Shown: one piece after another, positions 9,181 to 19,376 of the stretch
Layout of the letters: every line of letters starts with the position of its first letter
How positions within the stretch are numbered: the first letter of the stretch is position 1
DNA from: Octopus sinensis
Lineage: Eukaryota
Length of the DNA: 22,162 nucleotides
NCBI RefSeq assembly: GCF_006345805.1
Contig: NW_021836908.1
Span: 1 to 22,162 of the forward strand
Direction of reading: 5' to 3'
Translations under genes and position numbers: made by a program
The notes under the pieces: generated by a model
Seen by the model: only the letters and a program-made list of their open reading frames with translations
What the model was told of the DNA's origin: nothing
The model's database searches: none

Positions 9181-10218
9181 ATGCCGAAAGAGTTAGTAAA
9201 CGTTTATCATTGTGATGTATGTAAAAAGTCTTTTTCTCAAAAAGGAAACTTAACGACTCACAAACGCATTCACACAGGAGAGAAACCATTTTGCTGTGAT
9301 GTTTGCAGTAAGTCATTCTCCCAAAATCAGCACTTAGTTAATCACAAACGTATTCATACAGGAGAGAAACCATTTCACTGTGAAATCTGTAACAAATCAT
9401 TTTCTCGGAGTCATTTCTTAACGACTCACAAGCGTGTCCATACAGGAGAGAAGCCATATCAGTGTGATGTCTGCAGTAAATCCTTCTCTCAAAGCGGTGA
9501 CTTAATTACTCACATACGTATTCATACAGGGGAGAAACCATATCACTGTGATATCTGTGGTAAATCTTTCTCTCGTACGTATAGCTTAAATATTCACAAA
9601 TATATCCATACAGGTGACAAGCAATACCACTGTGATATCTGTGGTAAATCATTCTACGGAAATCAACATTTAATTAGCCACAAACGTGTTCATACAGGAG
9701 AGAAACCGTTCCATTGTGATGTCTGTAATAAATCATTCTCTCGTAATTATGAGTTGACTACTCACAAACGGATTCATTCTGGGAAGAAGCCATATGTGTG
9801 TGATACATGCGGTAAATCTTTCACTCGAAATTATGATTTAACAAGCCACAGGAACATTCATACAGGGGAGAAGCCATATTATTGTGATATCTGTGGTAAA
9901 TTATTCTCTCGAAATATTGAGGTAATTTCTCACAAGCGTATTCATACAGGAGAGAAACCGTATCAATGTGATATCTGTGGAGAATCATTCTCTCAGAGAA
10001 ATACCTTAACAGGACACAAACGTATTCATACGGGAGAGAAACCATATCACTGTGACATCTGTGGTAAATCATTCTCCATTGGAAAGACTTTAACTAGGCA
10101 CAAACTTATTCATACAGGTGAGAAACCATTTCACTGTCTTACCTGTGGTAAATTGTTCTCTCGAAATGATAACTTAACTACTCACAAATGCATTCATACT
10201 GGAGAAAAACCAATCTGA
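9181..10218 (+). CDS. C2H2 (Kruppel-type) zinc finger protein, 345 aa, 12 tandem fingers, no effector domain in this exon
   Basis: 12 x C-x2-C-x12-H-x3-H, mostly with TGEKP linkers; an in-frame TGA at 9142-9144 lies upstream, so the start is 9181 unless spliced. Confidence 0.95.
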   Translation: MPKELVNVYHCDVCKKSFSQKGNLTTHKRIHTGEKPFCCDVCSKSFSQNQHLVNHKRIHTGEKPFHCEICNKSFSRSHFLTTHKRVHTGEKPYQCDVCSKSFSQSGDLITHIRIHTGEKPYHCDICGKSFSRTYSLNIHKYIHTGDKQYHCDICGKSFYGNQHLISHKRVHTGEKPFHCDVCNKSFSRNYELTTHKRIHSGKKPYVCDTCGKSFTRNYDLTSHRNIHTGEKPYYCDICGKLFSRNIEVISHKRIHTGEKPYQCDICGESFSQRNTLTGHKRIHTGEKPYHCDICGKSFSIGKTLTRHKLIHTGEKPFHCLTCGKLFSRNDNLTTHKCIHTGEKPI

Positions 10219-10288
10219 TATTTGTGGACCATCATTCTTTCAAAGTGGTGAATTGACTAGACATAGATGTGTTCATACAGAACAGTAA
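10217..10288 (+). pseudogene. Out-of-frame relic 13th zinc finger
   Basis: [23 protein letters not shown] in a shifted frame immediately after TGEKP; the first Cys is lost. Confidence 0.85.
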
Positions 10289-10337
10289 CTACTATATATA
10301 CTTGCAAATGGAGCACATATTTTTCAACAAAAATTTT

Positions 10338-10510
10338 GGCTGTGTGGTAAGTAGCTTGCTTATGAACCACATGGCTCCGGGTTCGGTCCCACTGCATGGC
10401 ACCTTGGGTAAGTGTCTTCTGCTATAGCCTCGGGCCGACCAAAGCCTTGTGAGTGGATTTGGTAGGCGGAAACTGAAAGAAGCCCGTCGTATATATGTAT
10501 GTATATATAT

Positions 10511-10555
<45 letters not shown>

Positions 10556-10747
10556 TCATCATCATCATTTAACGTCCGCTTTCCCTGCTAGCATGGTTGG
10601 ACGGTTTGCTTTTTTCGGCAAAAGAGACCGATAGAATAAGTACTGGGCTTACAAAGAATAAGTTCCGGGGTCGATTTGCTCGACTAAAGGCAGTGCTCCA
10701 GCATGGCCGCAGTCAAATGACTGAAACAAGTAAAAGAGTAAAGAGTA
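10338..10747 (+). mobile_element. SINE family A; central part replaced by a (GAT)n-element tail (10553-10606, minus)
   Basis: Head and tail match family A; (CAT)n TTAACGTCCGCTTTCC matches 12541-12580. Confidence 0.88.
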
Positions 10748-10809
10748 TATATTTGGTGTTACTTTGCTTCAGTGTTATTTATTTTTTACATTAATCTTAA
10801 TCTTATTTC

Positions 10810-10853
10810 GGCCAGAGTTCTTTCGTCACACTCCTGTGACCGCATCAGTGGTC
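10810..10853 (-). ncRNA. Type I hammerhead ribozyme-like motif (A9>C, one extra nt before stem II)
   Basis: Minus strand GACCA-CTGATGC-G-GTCAC(aggagt)GTGAC-GAAAG(aa)CTC-TGGCC. Confidence 0.55.
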
Positions 10854-11191
10854 CTTTGCTTTCTTCTTTCTTATTTGTGTGTCTCTCCTTACTAACGGTC
10901 AGCCAAATATATAGTGCGTGTGTTTTTATTGACTAAACTGGCAAAATGACCATTCCGAAATACAATATCTGTTTCAACACACAATTTCACATAAAAAATC
11001 TTGCAAAACAAATATATAAAATGTAGTAACTACTATACATACTTACAAACGGAGCACATATTTTTCAACAAAAATTTTTATATAAATCAGGTGTGTGACC
11101 TATCCATGCGACATCACAGGGATCTGAAGGTGACAGGAGCATATCAATAGTCCAGGTATATGCCCTGGGCTTTTTAGTTTCCAAGTTGTTA

Positions 11192-11594
11192 TTTTTTTTT
11201 TTTTTTACTTCTTTCAGTCATTTGGCTGCGGCCATGCTGGAGCACCGCCTTTAGTCGAGCAAATCGACCCCGGGACTTATTCTTTGTAAGCCCAGTACTT
11301 ATTCTATCGGTCTCTTTTGCCAAACCGCTAAGCTACGGGGATGTAAACACACCAGCATTGGTTGTCAAGCAATGCTGGGGGGACAAACACAGACACACAC
11401 ACACACACATACATATATATATACATATATACGACAGGCTTCTTTCAGTTTCCGTCTACCAAATCCACTCACAAGGCTTCGGTTGGCCCGGTGCTATAGT
11501 AGAAGACACTTGCCCAAGTTGCCACGCAGTGGGACTGAACCCGGAAGCATGTGGTTGGTAAGCAAGTTACTTACCACACAGCCACTCCTGCACC
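11192..11594 (-). mobile_element. SINE family A, full length
   Basis: All diagnostic blocks present; T-run at the tail. Confidence 0.93.
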
Positions 11595-11704
11595 TATAGA
11601 AACATTTTTGTGACATTTGTTTACTCGAAAGCGGAAACCAGAAGTCTGTGTGATGGTCTTTTTGACAACATTGATTCGTTTTGGTTTTTAGTTTAAAAAT
11701 TTTA

Positions 11705-11860
11705 GTGGCTGTGTGGTAAGTAGCTTGCTTACCAACCACATGGTTCCGGGTTCAGTCCCACAGCATGGCATCTTGGGCAAGTGTCTTCTGCAATAGCCCC
11801 GGGCCGACCAATGCCTTGTGAGTGGATTTGGTAGACAGTAACTGAAAGAAGCCTGTCGTA

Positions 11861-11907
<47 letters not shown>

Positions 11908-12118
11908 TTGTGTGTCTGTGTTTGTCTCCCTAGCATTGCTTGACAACCGATGCTGGTGTGTTTATGTCCCCGTCACTTAGCGGCTCGGCAAAACAGACCG
12001 ATAGAATAAGTACTGGGCTTACAAAGAATAAGTCCCGGGGTCGATTTGCTCGACTAAAAGGCGGTGCTCCAGCATGGCCGCAGTCGAATGACTGAAACAA
12101 GTAAAAGAGTAAAAGAGA
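11705..12118 (+). mobile_element. SINE family A, near full length, inverted relative to 11192-11594
   Basis: All diagnostic blocks present; tail AAAAGAGTAAAAGAG. Confidence 0.93.
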
Positions 12119-12218
12119 ATTGCAAATGTTTATCATGGGTAAGAGAAAGTGTTATGAAGCAGGTTTTAAGCCTTTTTACATCCAAATATTGTGGACATTT
12201 TGGATGATGATGATGATG

Positions 12219-12500
12219 ATCATCATCATCATCGTTTAACGTCCGTTTTCCATGCTAGCATGGGTTGGACGGTTCAACTGGGGTCTGGGAAGCCAGAAGG
12301 TTGCGCCAGGCTCTACTGTCTGTTTTGAGGTGGTTTCTATGGCTGGATGCCCTTCCTAATGCCATCCACTTTACAGAGTGGCACTGGGTGCTTTTGTGTG
12401 GCTCAGCCATGTGTGCGTTACGCCACCAGAGGGACCGGTCTTCACACTTATGCTGCAGAGTATGGGTCTTTTTGGGTACAGCAAGGCACCAGGCATCTCA
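12219..12500 (-). mobile_element. (GAT)n-tailed LINE-like 3' fragment
   Basis: Shares GTTTAACGTCCG..GGATGCCCTTCCTAATGCCA with other copies. Confidence 0.8.
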
Positions 12501-12540
12501 ATCCTTTGTGTGTATGTGTGAGAGAGCATATATATATATA

Positions 12541-12845
12541 TCATCATCATCATCGTTTAACGTCCGCTTTCCATGCTGGCATGGGTTGGACGGTTCAACT
12601 GGGGTCTGGGAAGCCAGAAGGCTGCACCAGGCCCAGTCTGATCTGGCAGTGTTTCTACAGCTGGATGCCCTTCCTAATGCCAACCACTCCGTTAGTGTAG
12701 TGGGTGCTTTTTACGTGCCACCGGCACAGGTGCCAGAGCAGGCTGGCAAACAGCCACGATCGGATGGTAGCCGTTTGCCAGCCTCATCTGGCACCTGTGC
12801 AGGTGGCATGTAAAAAGGAACCAATACACTCACGGAGTGAGTGGA
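12541..12845 (-). mobile_element. (GAT)n-tailed LINE-like 3' fragment
   Basis: Reverse complement closely matches ~16050-16257. Confidence 0.85.
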
Positions 12846-12951
12846 AAGGAATTTACTAAGGGTGGATCATTGAAAAGACCTGGGTTCAGCACTTAGTAGT
12901 AGAATAGGTGAAGAAAACCTGGGATAGTATCCCTGAAGAACTAATTATTAA

Positions 12952-13174
12952 CCCTTTCGTTACTGTATTTATTTTGAGATGATCTGTGTTTCTTTCAATT
13001 AATTTGAAATATAACAATGAATTTAGTAAAATACCTTAGTTTATCATTCAGCTAGTGTTAGGAACATAAATTGTGATTAAGTTTTGGTGGAAGATTTTAA
13101 TTCAGAACTTATGAAAACAAGACATTTGTACTACAGAGCCAGAGGTGGTTTCAGCCGGGTTGGTATCAAAAGGG
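12952..13174. mobile_element. piggyBac-like MITE (223 bp)
   Basis: TTAA flanks; imperfect ~13-bp TIR CCCTTTCGTTAC / GTATCAAAAGGG; three copies in the window. Confidence 0.85.
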
Positions 13175-13194
13175 TTAAATTAATCATTTGTTAA

Positions 13195-13416
13195 CCCTTT
13201 TGTTACCATATTTCTGTTGAGATGCTCTGTGTTTCTTTCTATTAATTTTAAATATAACAAAGAATTTAGTAAAATAACTTAGTTATCATTAAGCTAGTGT
13301 TAGGAACATAAATTGTGACTTAGGTTTGGTGGAAGATTTTAATTCAAAACTTATGAAAACAAGACATTTGTACTACAGAGCCAGAGCCGGTTTCAGCCGG
13401 GTTGGTAATGAAAGGG
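13195..13416. mobile_element. piggyBac-like MITE (222 bp), second variant
   Basis: TTAA flanks; CCCTTTTGTTACC / GGTAATGAAAGGG. Confidence 0.85.
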
Positions 13417-13817
13417 TTAAGTCCTTCAAAAAATGTGAAATCACAAATGCCATGGGTGGCACTGAAAACAATGTGACGTATGGGGGGATTTGGCTGGATC
13501 GATCACGGAAAAGGCGGAGAGTGAGAATAGAGACGAACATAGCATAATTGATGATGAGCTGAACGACTACTATGACGTGGCCACTCATGACGAAGAAGTT
13601 TGGGGTTTCAATCCTGATGAAATTTAATAACTATACCTAAATGAATAAATATATTTTTTATATAATATTTTTGTTTTGTTTGTAATTCTAGGCATTTTTG
13701 TTGTTAAGTTGATACTTATTGGTTTTTTTTGTTTTGTTTTAGTTGATTTCCACATAAAGTCATTTCCACAAAAATGTTTTAATACTTGTAAGCAAAGTTT
13801 TGAAATAAAGGTGAATA

Positions 13818-14151
13818 GGCGCAGGAGTGGCCATGTGGTAAGTAGCTTGCTAACCAACCCCATGGTTCCGGGTTCAGTCCCACTGCGTGGCATATTGGGC
13901 AAGTGTCTTCTACTATAGCCCCGGGCCGACCAAAGCCTTGTGAGTGGATTTGGTAGATGGAAACTGAAAAGAAGCCCGTCGTATATATATATATATATAT
14001 ATGTATGTGTTTGTCCCCCTGGTGTGTTTACGTCCCCGTAACTTAGCAAAAGAGACCAATAGAATAAGTACTGGGCTTACAAAGATTTGCTCGACTAAAG
14101 GCGGTGCTCCAGCATGGCCGCAGTCACATGACTGAAACAAGTAAAAGAGTA
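13818..14151 (+). mobile_element. SINE family A with internal deletions
   Basis: Head GGCGCAGGAGTGGCC and tail present. Confidence 0.9.
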
Positions 14152-14235
14152 TTTGATAATATTTAACAAATATTAGTTATATTTATGTTTAATAAAAGGG
14201 CCGTGTAATTGCCCAGATTATATAGTACAACCTAT

Positions 14236-14316
14236 CTGACGGGGACATAAACACACCAGCATCGGTTGTCAAGCAATGCTAGGGGGACAAACACAGACAC
14301 ACAAACACACCCATGC

Positions 14317-14360
<44 letters not shown>

Positions 14361-14480
14361 TACGACGGGCTTCTTTTCAGTTTCCGTCTTTTCAGTTTTT
14401 GCTGAACTGCTAAGTTACATGGATGTAAACGAATCAACACTGGTTGTCAAGCAGTGGGGAAGGGAACAAATACAAAGACA
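14236..14480 (-). mobile_element. SINE family A partial fragments
   Basis: GGGGACATAAACACACCAGCATCGGTTGTCAAGC block, followed by a second diverged block. Confidence 0.75.
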
Positions 14481-14493
14481 ACTCCCACACACC

Positions 14494-14655
14494 GTCATTT
14501 AACGTTCGCTTTGACGGTTTTTGACAGGAAACCAGTGAGCCGCAGGGCTGTGTCAAGCTCCTGTATTAGCTTTGGCATTGTTTCTATGGCTGGATACTCT
14601 TCTGAACACCAACCACTCTACAGGGTGTACCGGGTGCGTTTCTTATGCCACCAGC
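14494..14655 (-). mobile_element. Diverged (GAT)n-family LINE-like fragment
   Basis: CATTTAACGT..TTTCTATGGCTGGAT..CCAACCACTC. Confidence 0.6.
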
Positions 14656-14709
14656 ACTTACTAAGGGGGTTAAATGTTTTGACAAAGTTTTGTAGGAATA
14701 AAATTTAAA

Positions 14710-15536
14710 GTTAGTTAGTTAGTTAATTTTGGCTCAAAAAGCAAAAAGCAAGGCAATGTAGGGGGACATGGAGTTATGTACAGGGAGGGTGTTCATGCAA
14801 AGAGTTCAGGCCATTTGTGGTCAAGGGAGACTTTGAACCGAGCGGTCGTCAGCACCTTCACCTTTCGATTGAGATGAAATCGTCGCAGATAGAGCTTTTC
14901 GGAGTGACCCCGCAGCCGACGCTCTGGAGCAGGAGTGAAGAACAGCTCTTTCGAGAGGTTACACTTTCCGCTTATGATGTAGGGGGACAGGGAGTTATGT
15001 ACAGGGTGGTGTTCATGTAAAGAGTTCAGGCCATTTCTGGTCAAGAGAGGCTTTGAACCGAGCGGTCGTCGGCATCTTATTCCACGGATCCGCAACCCAG
15101 ATGGAGAAAGCCCCTCTCCTTCGATTGAGATGAAATCGTTGCAGATAGAGCTTTTCGGAGTGACCCCGCAGCCGACGCTCTGGAGCAGGAGTGAAGAACA
15201 GCTCTTTCGAGAGGTTACACTTTCCGCTTATGATGTTGTGAGGCCATGTAGGGGGACAGGGAGTTATGTACAGGGTGGTGTTCATGTAAAGAGTTCAGGC
15301 CATTTCTGGTCAAGAGAGGCTTTGAACCGAGCGGTCGTCGGCATCTTATTCCACGGATCCGCAACCCAGACGGAGAAAGCCCCTCTCCTTCAATTGAGAT
15401 GAAATTGTTGCAGATAGAGCTTTTCGGAGTGGCCCCACAGCTGACGCTCTGGAGCAGGAGTGAAGAACAGCTCTTTTGAGAGGTTACACTTTCTGCTTAT
15501 GATGTTGTGAACACGGATGAGATCACCACAGCGTCA
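14710..15536 (-). mobile_element. CR1-like LINE 3' end in three head-to-tail copies (units start at 14758, 14979, 15248)
   Basis: RCGDLIRVHNIISG..FFTPAPERRLRGHSEKLY..RRGAFSIWVADPWNKMP..FKASLDQKW matches the recalled CR1 ORF2 C-terminus (RGDLIE..RGHS.KL..FS.RVV..WN.LP..FK..LD); (TAAC)n tail at 14710-14725. Confidence 0.85.
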
Positions 15537-15729
15537 ATTTGTTTACAACTGCAGTTATCGTTCCTTTCTTGTCTTTAATCCTACAATTGCATTTAGCAGT
15601 TTGAAATGAAGGAAATAAAGACAAACAATCAAAATATGTATTTCTTATTCCAACATAAGATTTTGGGAAAGGTTTTTATGATGGAATAAAGAATGCATGT
15701 TTTGATTGTTAACTTTGCTTTATTTCCTT

Positions 15730-16257
15730 CCTCACAGAGGCAATGGTGAAGGACCGAGATCTCTGGAGATATACAGCGACTGCAAAGACCCGGGCTGCTT
15801 CCTGCACCAGTTCCGCATAGCCCCTGCCCATTCAAAGTACCTTGGATTCCAGAACATCCCGCTGTGCTTGATGAGACCTATTGAGTCAAGTACGTGAACA
15901 TCGAAATAAATATCAATGGAAATAGTAGTTGTGATACCTGTGCCAGTGGCACATAAAAAGCACCATCCGAACGTGGCCAAAGCCAGTGCCGCCTTGACTG
16001 GCTTCCGTGCCGGTGGCACGTTAAAAGCACCAACCGATCGTGGCCGATGCCAGACTCCCCTGGCACCTGTGCCAGTGGCATGTAAAAAGCACCCACTACA
16101 CTCACGGAGTGGTTGGCGTTAGGAAGGGCATCCATCTGTAGAAACACTGCCAGATCAGACTGGAGCCTGGTGTAAGGCTTCCTGGCTTCCCAGACCCAGG
16201 TCGAACCGTCCAACCCATGCTAGCATGGAAAACAGACGTTAAATGATGATGATGAGG
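15730..16257 (+). mobile_element. (GAT)n-tailed LINE-like element, longest copy (possible RTE-type ORF end + 3' UTR with three ~65-70-bp subrepeats)
   Basis: TEAMVKDRDLWRYTATAKTR resembles an RTE ORF C-terminus (recalled); the TGTGCCAGTGGCAC..AAAAGCACC block recurs three times; ends GACGTTAAA(TGA)n. Confidence 0.65.
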
Positions 16258-16634
16258 AGGAGGAGGAAGACAGATTTGAGATGGTTTTAGTTACTATTTC
16301 GAGCAATTCCTCGACCATGTAGGTTTTGGTTGCTATTTCTAGCTGTGTTCTTCGACCATGTGGGTGCTTTGCTAATACAAACAGTTATAAAAGAGGATAC
16401 AAAATATAACTTGGCTTCACAGAATTACCGAAACGAATAAGTGAACACTAAAACCTCGAATATCCTTACACTGTACGCAGTGTAACACAATATATAATTA
16501 ATGTTAATTCTAAACAAATTTGGAATAAAGTTCGTAAATACGATGAAGAGCCTCTGGTATAAAGCCGACGCTTTGTAACAGAAGTCCGTCTATATCAATG
16601 AAGATGCTGCGTTATATATATTATATATATATAT

Positions 16635-17086
16635 ATTATATAAAAGGGCTTAGTAAAATAAATTACTTTGCCACATACTGAACTCATTAGAAATAGTAGC
16701 TAAAAAAACTTTTTTAAAACTATTTCTAATACTTAAAGAAAATCTCTCTCATATAGTGTTTGCTCAATTCAACTCACGAAAATATGGGGGTAAAGACATT
16801 AAAAAATCAAATGCAAAGGTTATTTGAGAACGTACGTTTCTAGATTAGTCAACTCGAAGAAAGAAATGTCGAGTGACTAATCTAGAAACGTACGTTCTCA
16901 AATACCTTTGCATTTGATTTTTTATGTCTTTACCCCCATACTTTCGTGAGTGGAATTGAGCAAACACTATATGAGAGAGATTTTCTTTAAGTATTAGAAA
17001 TAGTTTTAAAAAGTTTTTTTAGCTACTATTTCTAATGAGTTCAGATGTGGCAAAGTAATTTATTTTACTAAGCCCTTTTATATAAT
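16635..17086. repeat. Long palindrome (arms ~220 bp, 11-nt loop), fold-back element 1
   Basis: 16635-16857 is the reverse complement of 16869-17086 apart from a few 1-nt indels and 2 substitutions. Confidence 0.95.
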
Positions 17087-17274
17087 GTAATAATTTGAAT
17101 TCGCCTTAATGGTCCCTTTGCATACTGAATACTTGGTGAAATTGATTAATAATTAATTAATTTTACCCTCAATTGTTGAAATTATATATATATATATATA
17201 TATATAATAATATATATATATATATATATAATGATAAATCTCAGAGCGAGTTAAACAGTAGCGGTAAACACATC

Positions 17275-17496
17275 GTGACGCATATTTGCCATTTGAATAT
17301 GGCTAACCCTAAGGGTGGATGCTACTGTAGTTTTTAGCCCCAGGAAGATATCTCCTCCAGCTGGCTATAGACACACTATCTGGAGGACACAGATAGTGTG
17401 TTATAGCCAGCTGGAGGAGATATCTTCCTGGGGCTAAAACTACAGTAGCATCCACCCTTAGGGGTTAGCCATATTCAAATGGCAAATATGCGTCAC
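17275..17496. repeat. Palindrome (arms ~107 bp, 7-9-nt loop), fold-back element 2
   Basis: GTGACGCATATTTG...CACTATCT pairs with AGATAGTG...CAAATATGCGTCAC. Confidence 0.95.
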
Positions 17497-17505
17497 TATA
17501 TATAT

Positions 17506-17681
17506 ATATAATAAAAGGCTTCCAAATAAGGAAGCGTAGTGCTAGAAACACAAAAAGGGGTAAATTCGGTCTGGGATATAGCTGAGATGGTAAACGTTTT
17601 TAATTTTCGTTCCTTTCATGAATTTATCCCTTTTTGTGTTTCTAGCACTACGCTTCCTTATTTGGAAGCCTTTTATTATAT
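17506..17681. repeat. Inverted repeat (arms 62 bp, 52-nt spacer), fold-back element 3
   Basis: ATATAATAAAAGGCTTCC...TAAATTC pairs with GAATTTA...GGAAGCCTTTTATTATAT. Confidence 0.95.
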
Positions 17682-18784
17682 TTCTATACGAAAAAATATA
17701 TAGTCTAATGACTAACTCGTCTTTTGTGCTAGGCCACTGGTAATAATAATTTATTTTATTACCCTATTTGATTATGTATATATATATATATATATATATA
17801 TAAACCAGCTTAGAGAAGAAACGAAACGAATCGAATCGACGCGAGGGCGCTCAGTCATACAATAGTGTCATAAATAAAATATATGCATACATACAAACAT
17901 ATATGTACGTACCTACATCTACATGTATATATATACATGCATATTTAAATATATATGTATATATATGTTGTGAATATAAATTTTGGAAATGCTATTATAT
18001 TTTATTTTGTTTTCACAATCGTTATATACAGTGGTCAACGCATAGAAATAGAAATCTAATCTAAACATAACTTTAAAAGGAAAAAGTTGATGCTAAATAA
18101 CTGACGTCTTCTAAAAAGGGATAACTTATTCGTTTCATGTAAGCCAAGTTAACTTTTGTATTCCCCTTCATTGCTCTTCTCAATTTGAATCGCACCGTTC
18201 CTTCTATAATTACTTCGTTAAGCAACGTGCTTTCAATTTACCAACGACCTGAAATGTCTTTGCGGCTGTATTTAATACCAGCTAGGGACATTTAATTAAT
18301 ATTACCAGTTGTAATCACTGAGGCGAAAGAAAGAAAGACTATCACCAACACATCGAACTTAGAATATATTTCAGGTAATTTAATTATACCACGTGTAGTA
18401 ATTAACTCCTGTTGGGGTGAACGTTTACCTTTATTGATAATTAAATACGACCGATATGAGGTATCGAAGTCGGGGTTTCATCACCTGGATGATTAAATAT
18501 TTTATTTTCATCATAAACTACGTTTCATCGTTAATTGGCTGTTTCTCACTTATGTTTAATCACCAACTAATTAGTAATTAAATTTTTTTTATTCTTCTTG
18601 ACTTTTCAGGTAACTTTGAAGTCTAAGGTATTCTCTGTGTCGCCGGATTTCGTTAGATTTTTTTCTAATCACCTGAAATTGTAAAAATTTTCACTAGAAT
18701 TCTCTCAAAATATGTAGTTCGCAGGCTGAGGACGAAAAGCGCCTTCAATTTTTTTATTTACAGGTTGTTTTTGCGGAAATAAAC

Positions 18785-18963
18785 CAGTGCTTTTCAACTT
18801 TTTGTCTGGAGCGGAACCCCAAGGAAACATTCCACTAGCTCGAGGAACCGCTGTGCAATAATTTAATAGTCTTATGCACACATATCTGCACAGGCGAATT
18901 AAAAATTACTGCCGATTTTAGCAATTTTGTAACTTCTTGCGGAACCCTGGTTGAAAACCACTG
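18785..18963. mobile_element. hAT (Charlie-like) MITE, 179 bp
   Basis: 14-bp TIR CAGTG(C/G)TTTTCAAC, perfect 8-bp TSD AAATAAAC (18777-18784, 18964-18971), subterminal GGAACCC motifs. Confidence 0.9.
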
Positions 18964-19376
18964 AAATAAACAATAGAAAAGTTACAAGCTTACTTTTACC
19001 CAATAGGCAACATATTATTCGGCATACGGGTAGTCATGACTGTGTCCCCACGGGGACAACATGTACAAGCACTTTACGTGGTCTCCCGACCTGCTAGATA
19101 TAACTGACTAATCTTCCTTTCAACTACACCATAAAAATACGAAAGGACTACACTGAAGTCGATCTCTTCAGATGGGGAATTACAACCGTGTTTCGTGGTC
19201 TGCTACCACAACAGCTCCTTTATAGGATCCAGTTATCTCAAGACATCATCAGGAGGAACCACGTCCGCTTTCGGCCCCTATTCCTCTACCGTTTTGAATC
19301 CTTAAAGCATTTACTGTGCCCATAAGATCAATATTAAACGTATTTTTCGTTTCCTTACGACAGAATTGTAAACGAA

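Larger units (their letters stand above)
12841..13627 (+). mobile_element. pogo/Tigger-type DDE transposase C-terminal relic, split by two MITEs
   Basis: EFTKGGSLKRPGFST / VVE*VKKTWDSIPEELII|KSFKKCEITNAMGGTENN..acidic tail ending DEEVWGF; matches the recalled pogo pattern FTPTGRMKRP..EWVKEAWDSIP..KSFKKCGISNALDG..EEEFEGF. Confidence 0.75.

Noticed and set aside
9011-10072. Minus-strand ORFs overlapping the first ZNF gene (also 21327-21770 and 21901-22137 over the second)
   Set aside because: Antisense shadows of repetitive C2H2 coding sequence
14758-15536. CRISPR-like or coding tandem array
   Set aside because: There are no unique spacers; the units are CR1 ORF2 ends, and the context is eukaryotic
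18725-18745. CTGAGGA-C-GAAA
   Set aside because: There is no room for stem II and no cleavage triplet with stem I
19140-19260. Minus-strand CTGATGA / GAAAC..GTA / CTGAAGA boxes
   Set aside because: Neither type I nor type II topology gives paired stems I and II
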